A stretch of 64,000 bases of DNA, from assembly GCA_963758495.1 (NCBI GenBank), contig CAVWVI010000003.1, positions 1,504,001-1,568,000 of the forward strand. Direction: 5' to 3'. This DNA is from Oligoflexia bacterium. Its GTDB lineage: Bacteria > Bdellovibrionota > UBA1018. Shown in pieces: positions 29,996 through 38,805 of this stretch. Made by a program: the position numbers and the translations under genes. Below the pieces are notes generated by a model. It was given only the letters and a program-made list of their open reading frames with translations. It ran no database searches and had not been told where the DNA came from. Numbering within the stretch: the first letter of the stretch is position 1; the number at the start of each line of letters is the position of its first letter.

Positions 29996-31073
29996 GCCTT
30001 ATATGAAATTATATCTATCTGGAGTCCTTATTTTTATTGTAACGACTATTTTTAGCTTTTCTTCAGCCATTTCCATGGCTGCGCCTTCATCAGAAGGGCC
30101 AGAAATACCCAGCACCTCAATCACAAATAAGCCTACAGAGCTAAAACAAAAAAATAACAAGACTAGCGATGAAATCAGTCTTCTTCCAAAGGAAATGCAA
30201 GTTCATATTTTGAAGTATTTTACCACTAAGGAACTAGCAAAGATTAAAGAGGTCAATACAACTTTCAATTGTACTGCTCAAGATCGTCAGGTCAGAAAAG
30301 CTGGAGAAGAAAACTCTTTAAAGTTTCTTACTGAAGTAGGTATTCGCATGATTTCCCTTCCTGGTGGCACTTTTATGATGGGAAGTCCTGAAAATGAATC
30401 TGATGACAGATATGAAGAGGATTTGCATAAAGTTGAGCTCAGTCCGTTTAAAGTGACCCAATCTAAAATCACTCGCGCGCAATGGAGAAAGATCATGGGA
30501 TCAGATCCAAATTGCTCAGAATTCACTGCCGAGGATAAACAAACCTGGAATCAGTGCCCTGATTGTCCTGTCACTTACGTCTCTTGGAATGATATTCAAA
30601 GATTCATTGCGGTCCTAAAAAAACATGGAATCAAAGCAGATCTCCCTACCGAAGCCCAACAAGAATTTTATATGAGAGGCAAAAATCCAGATGGCACTGT
30701 AGTACAATCTGCATTTCCGTGGGGTAATGATCGCAACCTACTTCATCAACATGCTTGGTTTAGCGGAAATAATGAATATCTCCTTCATCCCGTTGGAACG
30801 ACTCCTATTAAGGAAAATACGTGGGGACTTTTTGACGCCATTGGGAATGCAGACGAATGGTCAAGGAATGAATATGCGCGAGCGAAGACTAGAGATCCTA
30901 TGAAAACAACTAAGGACCCAATAGGTAGCGATGATAACCATTTAACTAGTATACATGGAGGCTGTCAACCAGAAGAGTGCCGCCCTGCTAGCCATAGATT
31001 AGGGGAAAAAAAGGCTCGGAGTAATTGCACTAGCTTTCGTTTTGTAATCGAACAGGAGCCGAGTAAAAAATAA
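29994..31073 (+). CDS. Signal peptide + F-box-like motif + formylglycine-generating-enzyme (FGE-sulfatase/CLec) domain protein
   Basis: LLPKEMQVHILKYFTTKELAKIKEVN (F-box pattern); LPGGTFMMGS, PVTYVSWND, LPTEAQ, NTWGLFDAIGNADEW, SFRFV. Start 29994 or 30003. Confidence 0.8.
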   Translation: MPYMKLYLSGVLIFIVTTIFSFSSAISMAAPSSEGPEIPSTSITNKPTELKQKNNKTSDEISLLPKEMQVHILKYFTTKELAKIKEVNTTFNCTAQDRQVRKAGEENSLKFLTEVGIRMISLPGGTFMMGSPENESDDRYEEDLHKVELSPFKVTQSKITRAQWRKIMGSDPNCSEFTAEDKQTWNQCPDCPVTYVSWNDIQRFIAVLKKHGIKADLPTEAQQEFYMRGKNPDGTVVQSAFPWGNDRNLLHQHAWFSGNNEYLLHPVGTTPIKENTWGLFDAIGNADEWSRNEYARAKTRDPMKTTKDPIGSDDNHLTSIHGGCQPEECRPASHRLGEKKARSNCTSFRFVIEQEPSKK

Positions 31074-31448
31074 TAGTACGATAATTATAGAAATTTTCCA
31101 TTCTCGAATTCCTTTTAATCATACACTTGAAATTAAACAATACGACACGCCGAGCTATAATATTGCCGGACAGTACGTAAAGAGATATTTTTGGAGCAAC
31201 TAAAGTCAGGCCACCCAGGAGACCCATATCCCGAATACCAAGGCTACTTCCGTAGGTAAGGCTCAATTTGATTTGTATGAGAATTTCTAAGGCGTCACCT
31301 GCCACCAAACTTTCCCATTTTCACCTAGCCAGACCAAGTACTCACAGGGCATCAGGTTCCATCACGTTCTAAGTTGATTGAGGGTTAAGTTGTTGATTTG
31401 ATTAAATACTACTATCATATTCACAGTTTACAAAAGTAGGGATTTCAT

Positions 31449-31465
31449 TCCCTCCTCCTGAGCCA
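31449..31465 (+). repeat. att-like copy 3 of tRNA-Asn 3' end
   Basis: TCCCTCCTCCTGAGCCA identical to 14049-14065. Confidence 0.92.
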
Positions 31466-31501
31466 ATTACCATCGGCGTACGAATCGCCGGTAAATTTAA
31501 T

Positions 31502-31542
31502 GGGGTATTTAAGTGTAATTGCTTAAATATCCCGCTTTTTTT
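31502..31542 (+). terminator. Terminator-like hairpin after att copy 3
   Basis: GGGGTATTTAAG / CTTAAATATCCC followed by a T-run. Confidence 0.6.
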
Positions 31543-31594
31543 GTATTTTAAGTTGAGTTATTTAATCGGAATAAGAATTAGCTCAGGAGCTTCA

Positions 31595-31783
31595 TCACTT
31601 TTTCTTTGCTAATTTCTGCTCGTAAATCTCGATTAGTTTTAAGACCGACCCTGGGATTGTATGTTCGCCGTTCTCCCATTGAGAGATTGAGCTGAAACCC
31701 ACCATACATACTTTCGCAAGGTCACGAACGGTCATTCCCATCTGAATTCGAAATTTTTTTAGGCGGGCACCCCCGTCACCCAC
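31595..31783 (-). CDS. XRE-family HTH protein
   Basis: LKKFRIQMGMTVRDLAK...SISQWENGEHTIP. Confidence 0.75.
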   Translation of the reverse strand: MGDGGARLKKFRIQMGMTVRDLAKVCMVGFSSISQWENGEHTIPGSVLKLIEIYEQKLAKKK

Positions 31784-31788
31784 TCTTA

Positions 31789-31980
31789 ATGGAAGAGGGT
31801 CCTTCCAACGGTTCCTCTCAACCCATTTTTGCGGGCTTAGTCGGAGTTGGAGAAATCGAAAAAATGCAAAAAGTAGTCTCTAAGTATTTCGGACTCAAGA
31901 CTCATGATCTAAACGCCGCAACTCGCGTAAAAGAAGTGGCGATACCCAGGCAAATTGCGATCTACTTAATTCGAAAGTAG
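31789..31980 (+). pseudogene. Isolated, truncated DnaA C-terminal (domain IV)-like fragment
   Basis: IEKMQKVVSKYFGL...DL...TRVKEVAIPRQIAIYLIRK, then a stop codon. Confidence 0.65.
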
Positions 31981-32042
31981 ACAAGACAATGATCTTGATA
32001 ACCGGGGTCAGAATCGCTGTGACACAACATTAAGTTCGTTCT

Positions 32043-32420
32043 TTATTCTATCGCAGCTGTGATTGAAAAAGGAGCTCCATGCCTAAAGCAGGCGCGTATG
32101 ACTTCTTCGTTACAGTATGCAGAATCAGCTCTAAAATGTGGTTCTATTTTAATTTGATGAAATGAATGTTCATTCACGTCGTGATCAATTGGGGTCTTAA
32201 ACTCAAAGTGCTTTCTACACTTAGAGATCACTGAAAGTGAAATTCCTATTGCTTCTGAAAATTCTCTTTGGGTCAGTTGACTTACCTCTAAAGCCTGCAA
32301 AAGTTCGATTTTAAATTGAGATGAAAATTTTCTTCTAAATTTTTCAGAGTCAGCCAACTCACTTGAATATTTTAATCTAAATTGTGCAATGACATGACTA
32401 TTTTTATTTTGGTCCATCAC
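32043..32420 (-). pseudogene. Transposase-associated HTH remnant (IS66 TnpA-like or IS3 OrfA-like)
   Basis: RRKFSSQFKIELL...TQREFSEAIGISLSVISK; no partner genes seen. Confidence 0.5.
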
Positions 32421-32597
32421 CTTTTCTCCTTTTGATAGACCTTCGCACGATAAATTTAATTTAAAAGATGGGGGACAGTAGAGCTTTTAGCGTTTATCAC
32501 TAGGATGTTATCGCTTAGTTTTGGCTGCCTGGGAGAAGACACCATTAGTTGTCAGACGAAGATTGCAGTCTGGTCTAAATGGAATTAGAAGTAAGGG

Positions 32598-35500
32598 ATG
32601 AATGAGCGAAAACGAACCAAAAAAGGAGAAATGGGATTCCCAATTGTGGGAATTGGTGCATCCGCCGGTGGCCTAGAAGCCCTCACCGAACTACTCAAGC
32701 AAATGCCAGTCCAAACAGGCATGGCTTTTATCATTGTTCAACACCTTCATCCAAAACACGAAAGCCTGGCTCCAGAGATTCTCTCTAGAGTTACACAGAT
32801 GCCTGTCCGTGAAGTGAAAGAAGGCACTCGTGTCGAACCCAATCACGTTTACTTAATTCCACCTAACTATCGCATGGAGATCTCAAAAGGAGTGTTACAT
32901 CTCCTTCCTCGGATAGAATCCAGCAGCCCCGGCTTACTTATTGACGTTTTCTTTCAATCGCTGGCTTTAGATCAAAAAAACAAAGCCATAGGGGTTGTGC
33001 TTTCAGGTGTCGCATCCGACGGAACGTTGGGTCTCCGGGCAATCAAGTCTGAAGGAGGCCTCACCTGCGTCCAAGAGCCCCTTTCAGCGAAATATGATGG
33101 GATGCCTAAGAGTGCAATTGCATCAGGAAATATTGATCTTATTTTACCCCCTGGAGCACTCGCGCAAGAACTAGCGAGAATTGCTTCGCATCCTTATATA
33201 ATTGGTTCCGAAGTTGAAGCTCAAGCATTCGCCTCTAAAATTCATGATGGCAAGACATCTCATCAGAATGAAAGCCTACGCAAGATTTTTGTGTTGCTAC
33301 GAAACAAGACGCGAGTTGACTTCGAAAATTACAAGCATACCACGATTAATCGACGTATTGAGCGTCGAATTGCTGTGAACAAGATGGAAAATCTTGCGGC
33401 CTACGTCAAATATCTTCAAGGAAATCCTGATGAAGTGAAGGCGTTATTTGAAGACATTCTCATCAATGTAACTAATTTTTTCCGTGATCCCGAGGCATTT
33501 AAGACGCTGAAAGAGAACGTGTTCCGATCGATTGTAAAAAATAGAAATCAAGAGACACCCATCCGGGTCTGGGTGCCAGGATGCGCGACGGGAGAAGAGG
33601 TCTATTCAATTGCTATCTCCTTGCTCGAGGTATTGGTTGGAGCTGCATCTAGAATTCCGATTCAGATCTTTGCTACAGATATCAGTGAAATGGCTCTTCA
33701 AGCAGCCCGTGCCGGTGTCTATACCGAGGCACAAACGTCCGGTCTTTCCCAAGAGAGGCTAAAACAGTTTTTTATCAGATCAGACGGGGGCTACAAAATC
33801 AACAAAACGATTCGTGATATGTGTGTTTTTTCGAGACACGATGTTACAAGCGATCCCCCTTTTGCCAGATTGGATCTCATTTCCTGCCGCAATCTCCTGA
33901 TTTACTTATCGCCTCTTTTACAAAAACGGGTGATCCCGATTTTTCACTATGCATTAAATCCGAATGGATTTCTTTTTCTTGGCCTCACGGAGAGTGTTGC
34001 TGGATATTCAAAGCTATTCACACTCGTGGATCAGAAAAATAGGATTTATTCTAAGATCAACACTCCAACCCCGATGACCGTCCATTTTCCGCTTAGCGCC
34101 TACGTACCAGAAGCTCAGGACAGTAATGAAAAACCTCACGATACCTTAAAGAGTGAAATTGATCTTCAAAAGGATGCTGATAGGATTGCTCTAGCTGAAT
34201 ATGCACCTCCCGGTGTAGTCATCAATCACAACATGGAAGTTTTGCAATTTCGCGGTCGTACAGGACCTTTTCTGGAGCCTGCACCTGGACAATCGAGTCA
34301 CAATCTATTGAAAATGTTTCGGGCTGAATTGTTGCCCGGCCTTCGCATGTCGGTCCAGTCCGCCAGAAAAACAAATACTGTCAGTCGTGAAGAGGGAATA
34401 CGATTTAAACATGATGGTATAGAAAAGATCTTCAATATAAAAGTAATTCCAATGAATCCCCTTGCACCGCCACTGGCGCGCAACTACTTAGTCCTTTTTG
34501 AAGACGTGTCATCGGTAGGACACTCAGAAGTTCTCAAGTCTGAAGGCATAAAGGCACCCTATGGAAAGAGTCGGAAGAAAACTTCGAGTAAAACAATCAT
34601 CGAAAAACACATTCAACGCAATGCCAAGCTGGAGCGGGAACTTCATGCCAGCCGCGAACATCAGGACTCTCTTACAGCGGAGTATGAAGCTTCTAGAGAA
34701 GAACTGACCTCGACAAATGAAGAACTACAAAGCACCAATGAGGAGTTGCAAAGTACAAACGAAGAACTGCAAACGGCTCAAGAAGAGCTTCAAGCGAGTA
34801 ATGAAGAACTGTCTACAGTCAATGACGAACTGCACAATAGAAATGCCGATTTAGATCGCCTCAATAATGACTTACTCAATTTATTGGGAAGTATTGAGAT
34901 TCCAATTCTTATGGTTGGGCGAGACAGTCGTATTAGGCGCTTTACTCCACAAGCGGAGCAGGCTTTGAATATCATTCCAACCGATATAGGCAGGCCGTTG
35001 AGTGATATTAGATCGGATCTCACTCTTAGCGCACCGGACATGGAGCGCATGATATCGCAAGCGGTAGAGAGCCTACATACTAACGAAACGGAAGTGCAAG
35101 ATTCTCATGGCCGCTGGTACCGCCTGCAAGTCCGTCCTTACAAAACAACAGACAATAAGATTGATGGTGCCGTGCTTTCCCTTGTAGACATTGATGCTCT
35201 CAAGCGCGCACGTGCTGATGCGGAAACTGCAAATCGTACCAAAGACCTTTTCTTGGCAACACTTTCTCACGAATTACGCACCCCGCTTACAGCAATCCTC
35301 TCATGGGCGCAGCTGTTGCGTATGGGAAAGACTGACCAAGCTAAGGCTAAGCGTGGAATAGAAGTCATTGAGTTAAGTGCTAAAACACAGGGTCAACTCA
35401 TCGACGATCTTTTGGACATTTCACGCATTCAGGCCGGTAAACTTACAATAGACATGCGTATTGTCGATCCCGCCGCTGTCATTCATGGAGCTATTGATTC

Positions 35501-36386
35501 TGTGCAAGTTTTGGCTGAAAGCAAATCAATTCAAATCGAAACGATAATGAGCCAGACAGGAAGAGTGTACGCTGATCCTGCTCGTCTCCAACAAGTAATA
35601 TGGAATTTACTTACGAATTCGATCAAATTTTCTGCCCAAGGAAGTAAGGTCGAGGTCCAATTAAATCAAGTCGAAAAGACGGGTCAGATCTACGCCCAAA
35701 TTACAGTACGTGATAGCGGTAAGGGTATCCGCCCAGAATTTTTGCCTCGTATTTTTGACCGATTTAGCCAGGGTGATAGCTCGTCTACTCGGCAGCACGG
35801 AGGACTCGGCCTTGGGCTCGCAATCACTCATAAATTAATGGAATTGCAAGGGGGCGCCGTTCACGCGGAGAGTCTAGGGGAGGGTAAGGGAGCTAGTTTT
35901 AGAGTAGAGATTCCATTAGCATTAAACGAAAAAGCAATGACTCAGGATTCTGGATTGGAATCTACACGTAAAAGTACCGAAAACATCGAAGAGCAGATCA
36001 GCCTGGATGGACTAAGAGTACTTTTGGTGGATGATGAGGCAAATACCCGTGAGGCTCTTATGAATATGCTCCACTCTTTTGGGGCTGAAGTCAAAGTCGC
36101 TGCATCGGTAGATGAGGCCCTGAAGATATTTACTCAACTTGAACCACATATTCTCGTGAGTGACATCGCAATGCCAGACGAGGATGGATTCAGCTTGATC
36201 CGTAAAATTAGAGCGTTGGGCCAACATGGCCAAATCCCTTTATTGGCACTGACGGCATATGCCTCAGCAGAAGACGTCAAACGTGCATCAGATGCCGGAT
36301 TCCAAGCTCACCTTGCTAAACCGGTCGATGGTACAGAACTAATTCGGGTGATCGCTCGATTAGCTGGACGAAATGGCAATGGCTGA
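32598..36386 (+). CDS. CheB methylesterase-CheR methyltransferase-PAS hybrid histidine kinase with receiver domain
   Basis: GASAGG, VQHL, SDG; NVTNFFRD, PGCATGEE, CRNLLIY; NEELQST coiled coil; SHELRTPL; HATPase boxes; VSDIAMP. Confidence 0.93.
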   Translation: MNERKRTKKGEMGFPIVGIGASAGGLEALTELLKQMPVQTGMAFIIVQHLHPKHESLAPEILSRVTQMPVREVKEGTRVEPNHVYLIPPNYRMEISKGVLHLLPRIESSSPGLLIDVFFQSLALDQKNKAIGVVLSGVASDGTLGLRAIKSEGGLTCVQEPLSAKYDGMPKSAIASGNIDLILPPGALAQELARIASHPYIIGSEVEAQAFASKIHDGKTSHQNESLRKIFVLLRNKTRVDFENYKHTTINRRIERRIAVNKMENLAAYVKYLQGNPDEVKALFEDILINVTNFFRDPEAFKTLKENVFRSIVKNRNQETPIRVWVPGCATGEEVYSIAISLLEVLVGAASRIPIQIFATDISEMALQAARAGVYTEAQTSGLSQERLKQFFIRSDGGYKINKTIRDMCVFSRHDVTSDPPFARLDLISCRNLLIYLSPLLQKRVIPIFHYALNPNGFLFLGLTESVAGYSKLFTLVDQKNRIYSKINTPTPMTVHFPLSAYVPEAQDSNEKPHDTLKSEIDLQKDADRIALAEYAPPGVVINHNMEVLQFRGRTGPFLEPAPGQSSHNLLKMFRAELLPGLRMSVQSARKTNTVSREEGIRFKHDGIEKIFNIKVIPMNPLAPPLARNYLVLFEDVSSVGHSEVLKSEGIKAPYGKSRKKTSSKTIIEKHIQRNAKLERELHASREHQDSLTAEYEASREELTSTNEELQSTNEELQSTNEELQTAQEELQASNEELSTVNDELHNRNADLDRLNNDLLNLLGSIEIPILMVGRDSRIRRFTPQAEQALNIIPTDIGRPLSDIRSDLTLSAPDMERMISQAVESLHTNETEVQDSHGRWYRLQVRPYKTTDNKIDGAVLSLVDIDALKRARADAETANRTKDLFLATLSHELRTPLTAILSWAQLLRMGKTDQAKAKRGIEVIELSAKTQGQLIDDLLDISRIQAGKLTIDMRIVDPAAVIHGAIDSVQVLAESKSIQIETIMSQTGRVYADPARLQQVIWNLLTNSIKFSAQGSKVEVQLNQVEKTGQIYAQITVRDSGKGIRPEFLPRIFDRFSQGDSSSTRQHGGLGLGLAITHKLMELQGGAVHAESLGEGKGASFRVEIPLALNEKAMTQDSGLESTRKSTENIEEQISLDGLRVLLVDDEANTREALMNMLHSFGAEVKVAASVDEALKIFTQLEPHILVSDIAMPDEDGFSLIRKIRALGQHGQIPLLALTAYASAEDVKRASDAGFQAHLAKPVDGTELIRVIARLAGRNGNG

Positions 36387-36714
36387 ACATTGACTCATTC
36401 AATCGACCCAAGCTTCTGTCCGCTTGAGATAATAACGATAAACACTCCGCCGCATCCATGACTAGGTTTGGGGAAGGAGGCAGTGGGGATGGAATGAAGG
36501 CGTTGTAACCAGTTACCTACAAAGGGTTTATCAACTTGAAACTAAATTTCAAAAGTTTTTTTTCCGAAGTAGAGAGGAAATTTGCCGCCTATTTGCTGCC
36601 CACCCCAGGTTACAAACAGATCGTTCAGTATCTAGGACTTTCCGTGCTTGCCGAACTATGAACTATTTACCAATAGGCCGGCTGGCATGGTTGTAAACTA
36701 AAAAAGCTGTGCCC

Positions 36715-36742
36715 TTGTCATATTAGCTAGTTGCGTTATAAT
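36715..36742 (+). promoter_or_regulatory. Sigma70-type promoter candidate for hipBA
   Basis: TTGTCA-16 bp-TATAAT directly before operator 1. Confidence 0.55.
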
Positions 36743-36743
36743 T

Positions 36744-36815
36744 TATCCTTATTAGGGGATAAATTGATTTTATCCCTTTTCAGGGATAAAACTAAATTAT
36801 CCCCTTTCGGGGATA
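36744..36815. promoter_or_regulatory. Three HipB operators TATCC-N8-GGATA
   Basis: Copies at 36744-36761, 36771-36788 and 36798-36815 (27-bp period); match the E. coli hipBA operator consensus. Confidence 0.9.
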
Positions 36816-36844
36816 AAAGTATCAATGCGTGCGAGTAAAAAATT

Positions 36845-37126
36845 ATGACAAGATCAAAAAAAGTAAGCCCCTCAAATTTAGAAGTTGTAGTTCGAGGTGT
36901 CGATCAACTTGGCATTGCTTTAATCCGCTTTCGACGCCAAGAAGGTTGGACTCAAGATCAAGCAGGAGAAAGATCAGGTGTAAAGCAGACGGTAATCTCT
37001 TCTGTAGAATCTGGAACGATCGGAACGCGTGTTGGCACTTTATTTAAGATTCTTGCAGCCCTTGATTTGGAAGTGGTAGTTAGAAAGCGTCGTAAGACAA
37101 CCCACTGGCCAGAGAGAAATAGCTAA
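36845..37126 (+). CDS. hipB: HipB-like XRE antitoxin
   Basis: QLGIALIRFRRQEGWTQDQAG...GVKQTVISSVE...TLFKILAALDLE. Confidence 0.9.
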   Translation: MTRSKKVSPSNLEVVVRGVDQLGIALIRFRRQEGWTQDQAGERSGVKQTVISSVESGTIGTRVGTLFKILAALDLEVVVRKRRKTTHWPERNS

Positions 37127-38424
37127 TGGCGCGGAAGAAAAAGTACAGCCGTCTAAAAGTTCTGAGTAACGGCAATCTTGTTGGCAATCTAACAAGGACT
37201 CAACTGGGCACCTTGGAATTTCAGTATGCTCAAGAATGGCTAGACTCTCCCAACGCTATGCCAATATCATACTCATTACCTCTAAGAGAGTCTCCCTATC
37301 GAGAGTTAAAAGTACAAGCCTACTTTGATAATCTACTTCCTGACAACGATGCTATTAGAACAAAGATCGCAGAAAGATTTGGTGCAGAAGGAAAGAATCC
37401 CTTTGATCTCTTAGCTTCTATTGGGAGGGATTGTGTTGGAGCTCTCCAGTTCGTACCTGAAAACGAAAGTGGAGGAGTTGGTAACGAAATACAAGGAGAG
37501 CCTCTTAAAGACACAGAAATAGCAAACATACTCAAAAACTTAAAAATTTCTCCATTGGGTTTGGATCGCAGTCGTGAGTTCAGAATCTCTCTTGCTGGCG
37601 CACAAGAAAAAACCGCTCTGCTTAAATGGAATGAAAAATGGCATCGGCCTCTCGGTGTAACCGCCACCACACATATTTTTAAACCACAAATTGGCGTGTT
37701 ACCCAACGGGATTGATCTAAGTAGCAGCGTTGAAAACGAATGGCTTTGCTTGAGGATCTGTGAATTTTTTGGATTGCCGGTGGCTCAAACAGAAATTTTA
37801 GATTTTGACGGACTCAGGTGCTTAGTAGTGGAAAGGTTTGATCGGGCGTGGTCGACAGATCGACGACACTTGCATAGAATTCCTCAAGAAGATCTATGCC
37901 AAGCGCTGGGAGCTTCTTGGACGCAGAAGTATCAACAGGAAGGTGGACCAGGAATTGTGCAAGTTATGGATTTTCTAAATTCATCAGATTTACGAGACCA
38001 AGATCGAGCGCAGTTTATGCGTACACAGCTTGTTTTTTTCCTATTGGCAGCGATAGATGGCCACGCAAAGAATTTTAGTATTACTCTACTCCCTACAGGA
38101 TTCAAGTTGACCCCACTCTATGACGTTGTATCTGCGCTGCCAGCCCTTAGTGCTCGTCAAATAGAGTCAAAAGAGGTCGAGCTTGCAATGGCAATAGGAG
38201 ATCATCGGCACTATAAGATCAGGGAAGTAATTCGACGACATTGGGAGCAAACAGCAAAGAAAGTGGGTTTTCCTCTGAGCGAGTTACAAAATATTATTGA
38301 TGATCTTCTGAGAAGAGGAGAGCAAATAGATAGCTTCATATCTGATTTAGGAAAAAAACATTCTATCAAATTTTTCGGCTCTATTATCGAAGGGATTCAA
38401 AATGGACTGAAAAAAATTCAGTAA
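37126..38424 (+). CDS. hipA: HipA toxin kinase
   Basis: FDNLLPD, GRDCVGA, RISLAGAQEK, THIFKP, VERFDR, DGHAKNFS, PLYDV. Confidence 0.95.
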   Translation: MARKKKYSRLKVLSNGNLVGNLTRTQLGTLEFQYAQEWLDSPNAMPISYSLPLRESPYRELKVQAYFDNLLPDNDAIRTKIAERFGAEGKNPFDLLASIGRDCVGALQFVPENESGGVGNEIQGEPLKDTEIANILKNLKISPLGLDRSREFRISLAGAQEKTALLKWNEKWHRPLGVTATTHIFKPQIGVLPNGIDLSSSVENEWLCLRICEFFGLPVAQTEILDFDGLRCLVVERFDRAWSTDRRHLHRIPQEDLCQALGASWTQKYQQEGGPGIVQVMDFLNSSDLRDQDRAQFMRTQLVFFLLAAIDGHAKNFSITLLPTGFKLTPLYDVVSALPALSARQIESKEVELAMAIGDHRHYKIREVIRRHWEQTAKKVGFPLSELQNIIDDLLRRGEQIDSFISDLGKKHSIKFFGSIIEGIQNGLKKIQ

Positions 38425-38805
38425 ATAGTTTCGATTATTTTCTTTTGGATGGAGGTCTCGTTCTTTGATCGCTTAGGTTTTACGCAGCGCTGTTTTTCTT
38501 AATGCTTTGATGATATTCTTTAAGGAGCGCCTCTCCTTTTCTACGTAACTTTTCGGGAGTATCCGGCGCGGATGAAATAGGATCTCTTTTGTCCTGGCTT
38601 CCACTTGCAATGACCTGTTGTCGCTTCCTAGACATAATGCACTCCTGTTTCGGTTCAACTGCAACATCTATACAAAGGACCATCAAGGGCGGATTATGGA
38701 TTGCTGCTTGTCAATATGAAGGGGAGGATGTACTTTTTTCTCGGCTCTCTCTATGTTGCGTTGCTACAACCAAGTGGCCTCCTTGTTTTGGTTTTGAGAA
38801 ACTCT

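Larger units (their letters stand above)
28851..31465. mobile_element. Small island 2 (remnant) between att copies 2 and 3
   Basis: Bounded by the same 17-bp repeat; copies 2 and 3 also share the following ATTA. No intact integrase seen. Confidence 0.7.

Noticed and set aside
31030..31308. 92-aa minus-strand ORF in island 2
   Set aside because: No motif or RBS support, and it overlaps the end of the FGE gene.
30940..31440. Diversity-generating retroelement targeting the FGE/CLec domain
   Set aside because: No reverse transcriptase and no template repeat of the 3' region found in the window.
34700..34830. Tandem 21-bp-period repeats (also near 40950-41070)
   Set aside because: These encode the NEELQST heptads of the CheB-CheR kinases and are not separate elements.
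36744..36815. Regularly spaced palindromes as a CRISPR array
   Set aside because: Spacers are only 9 bp, no cas genes are present, and they match HipB operators.
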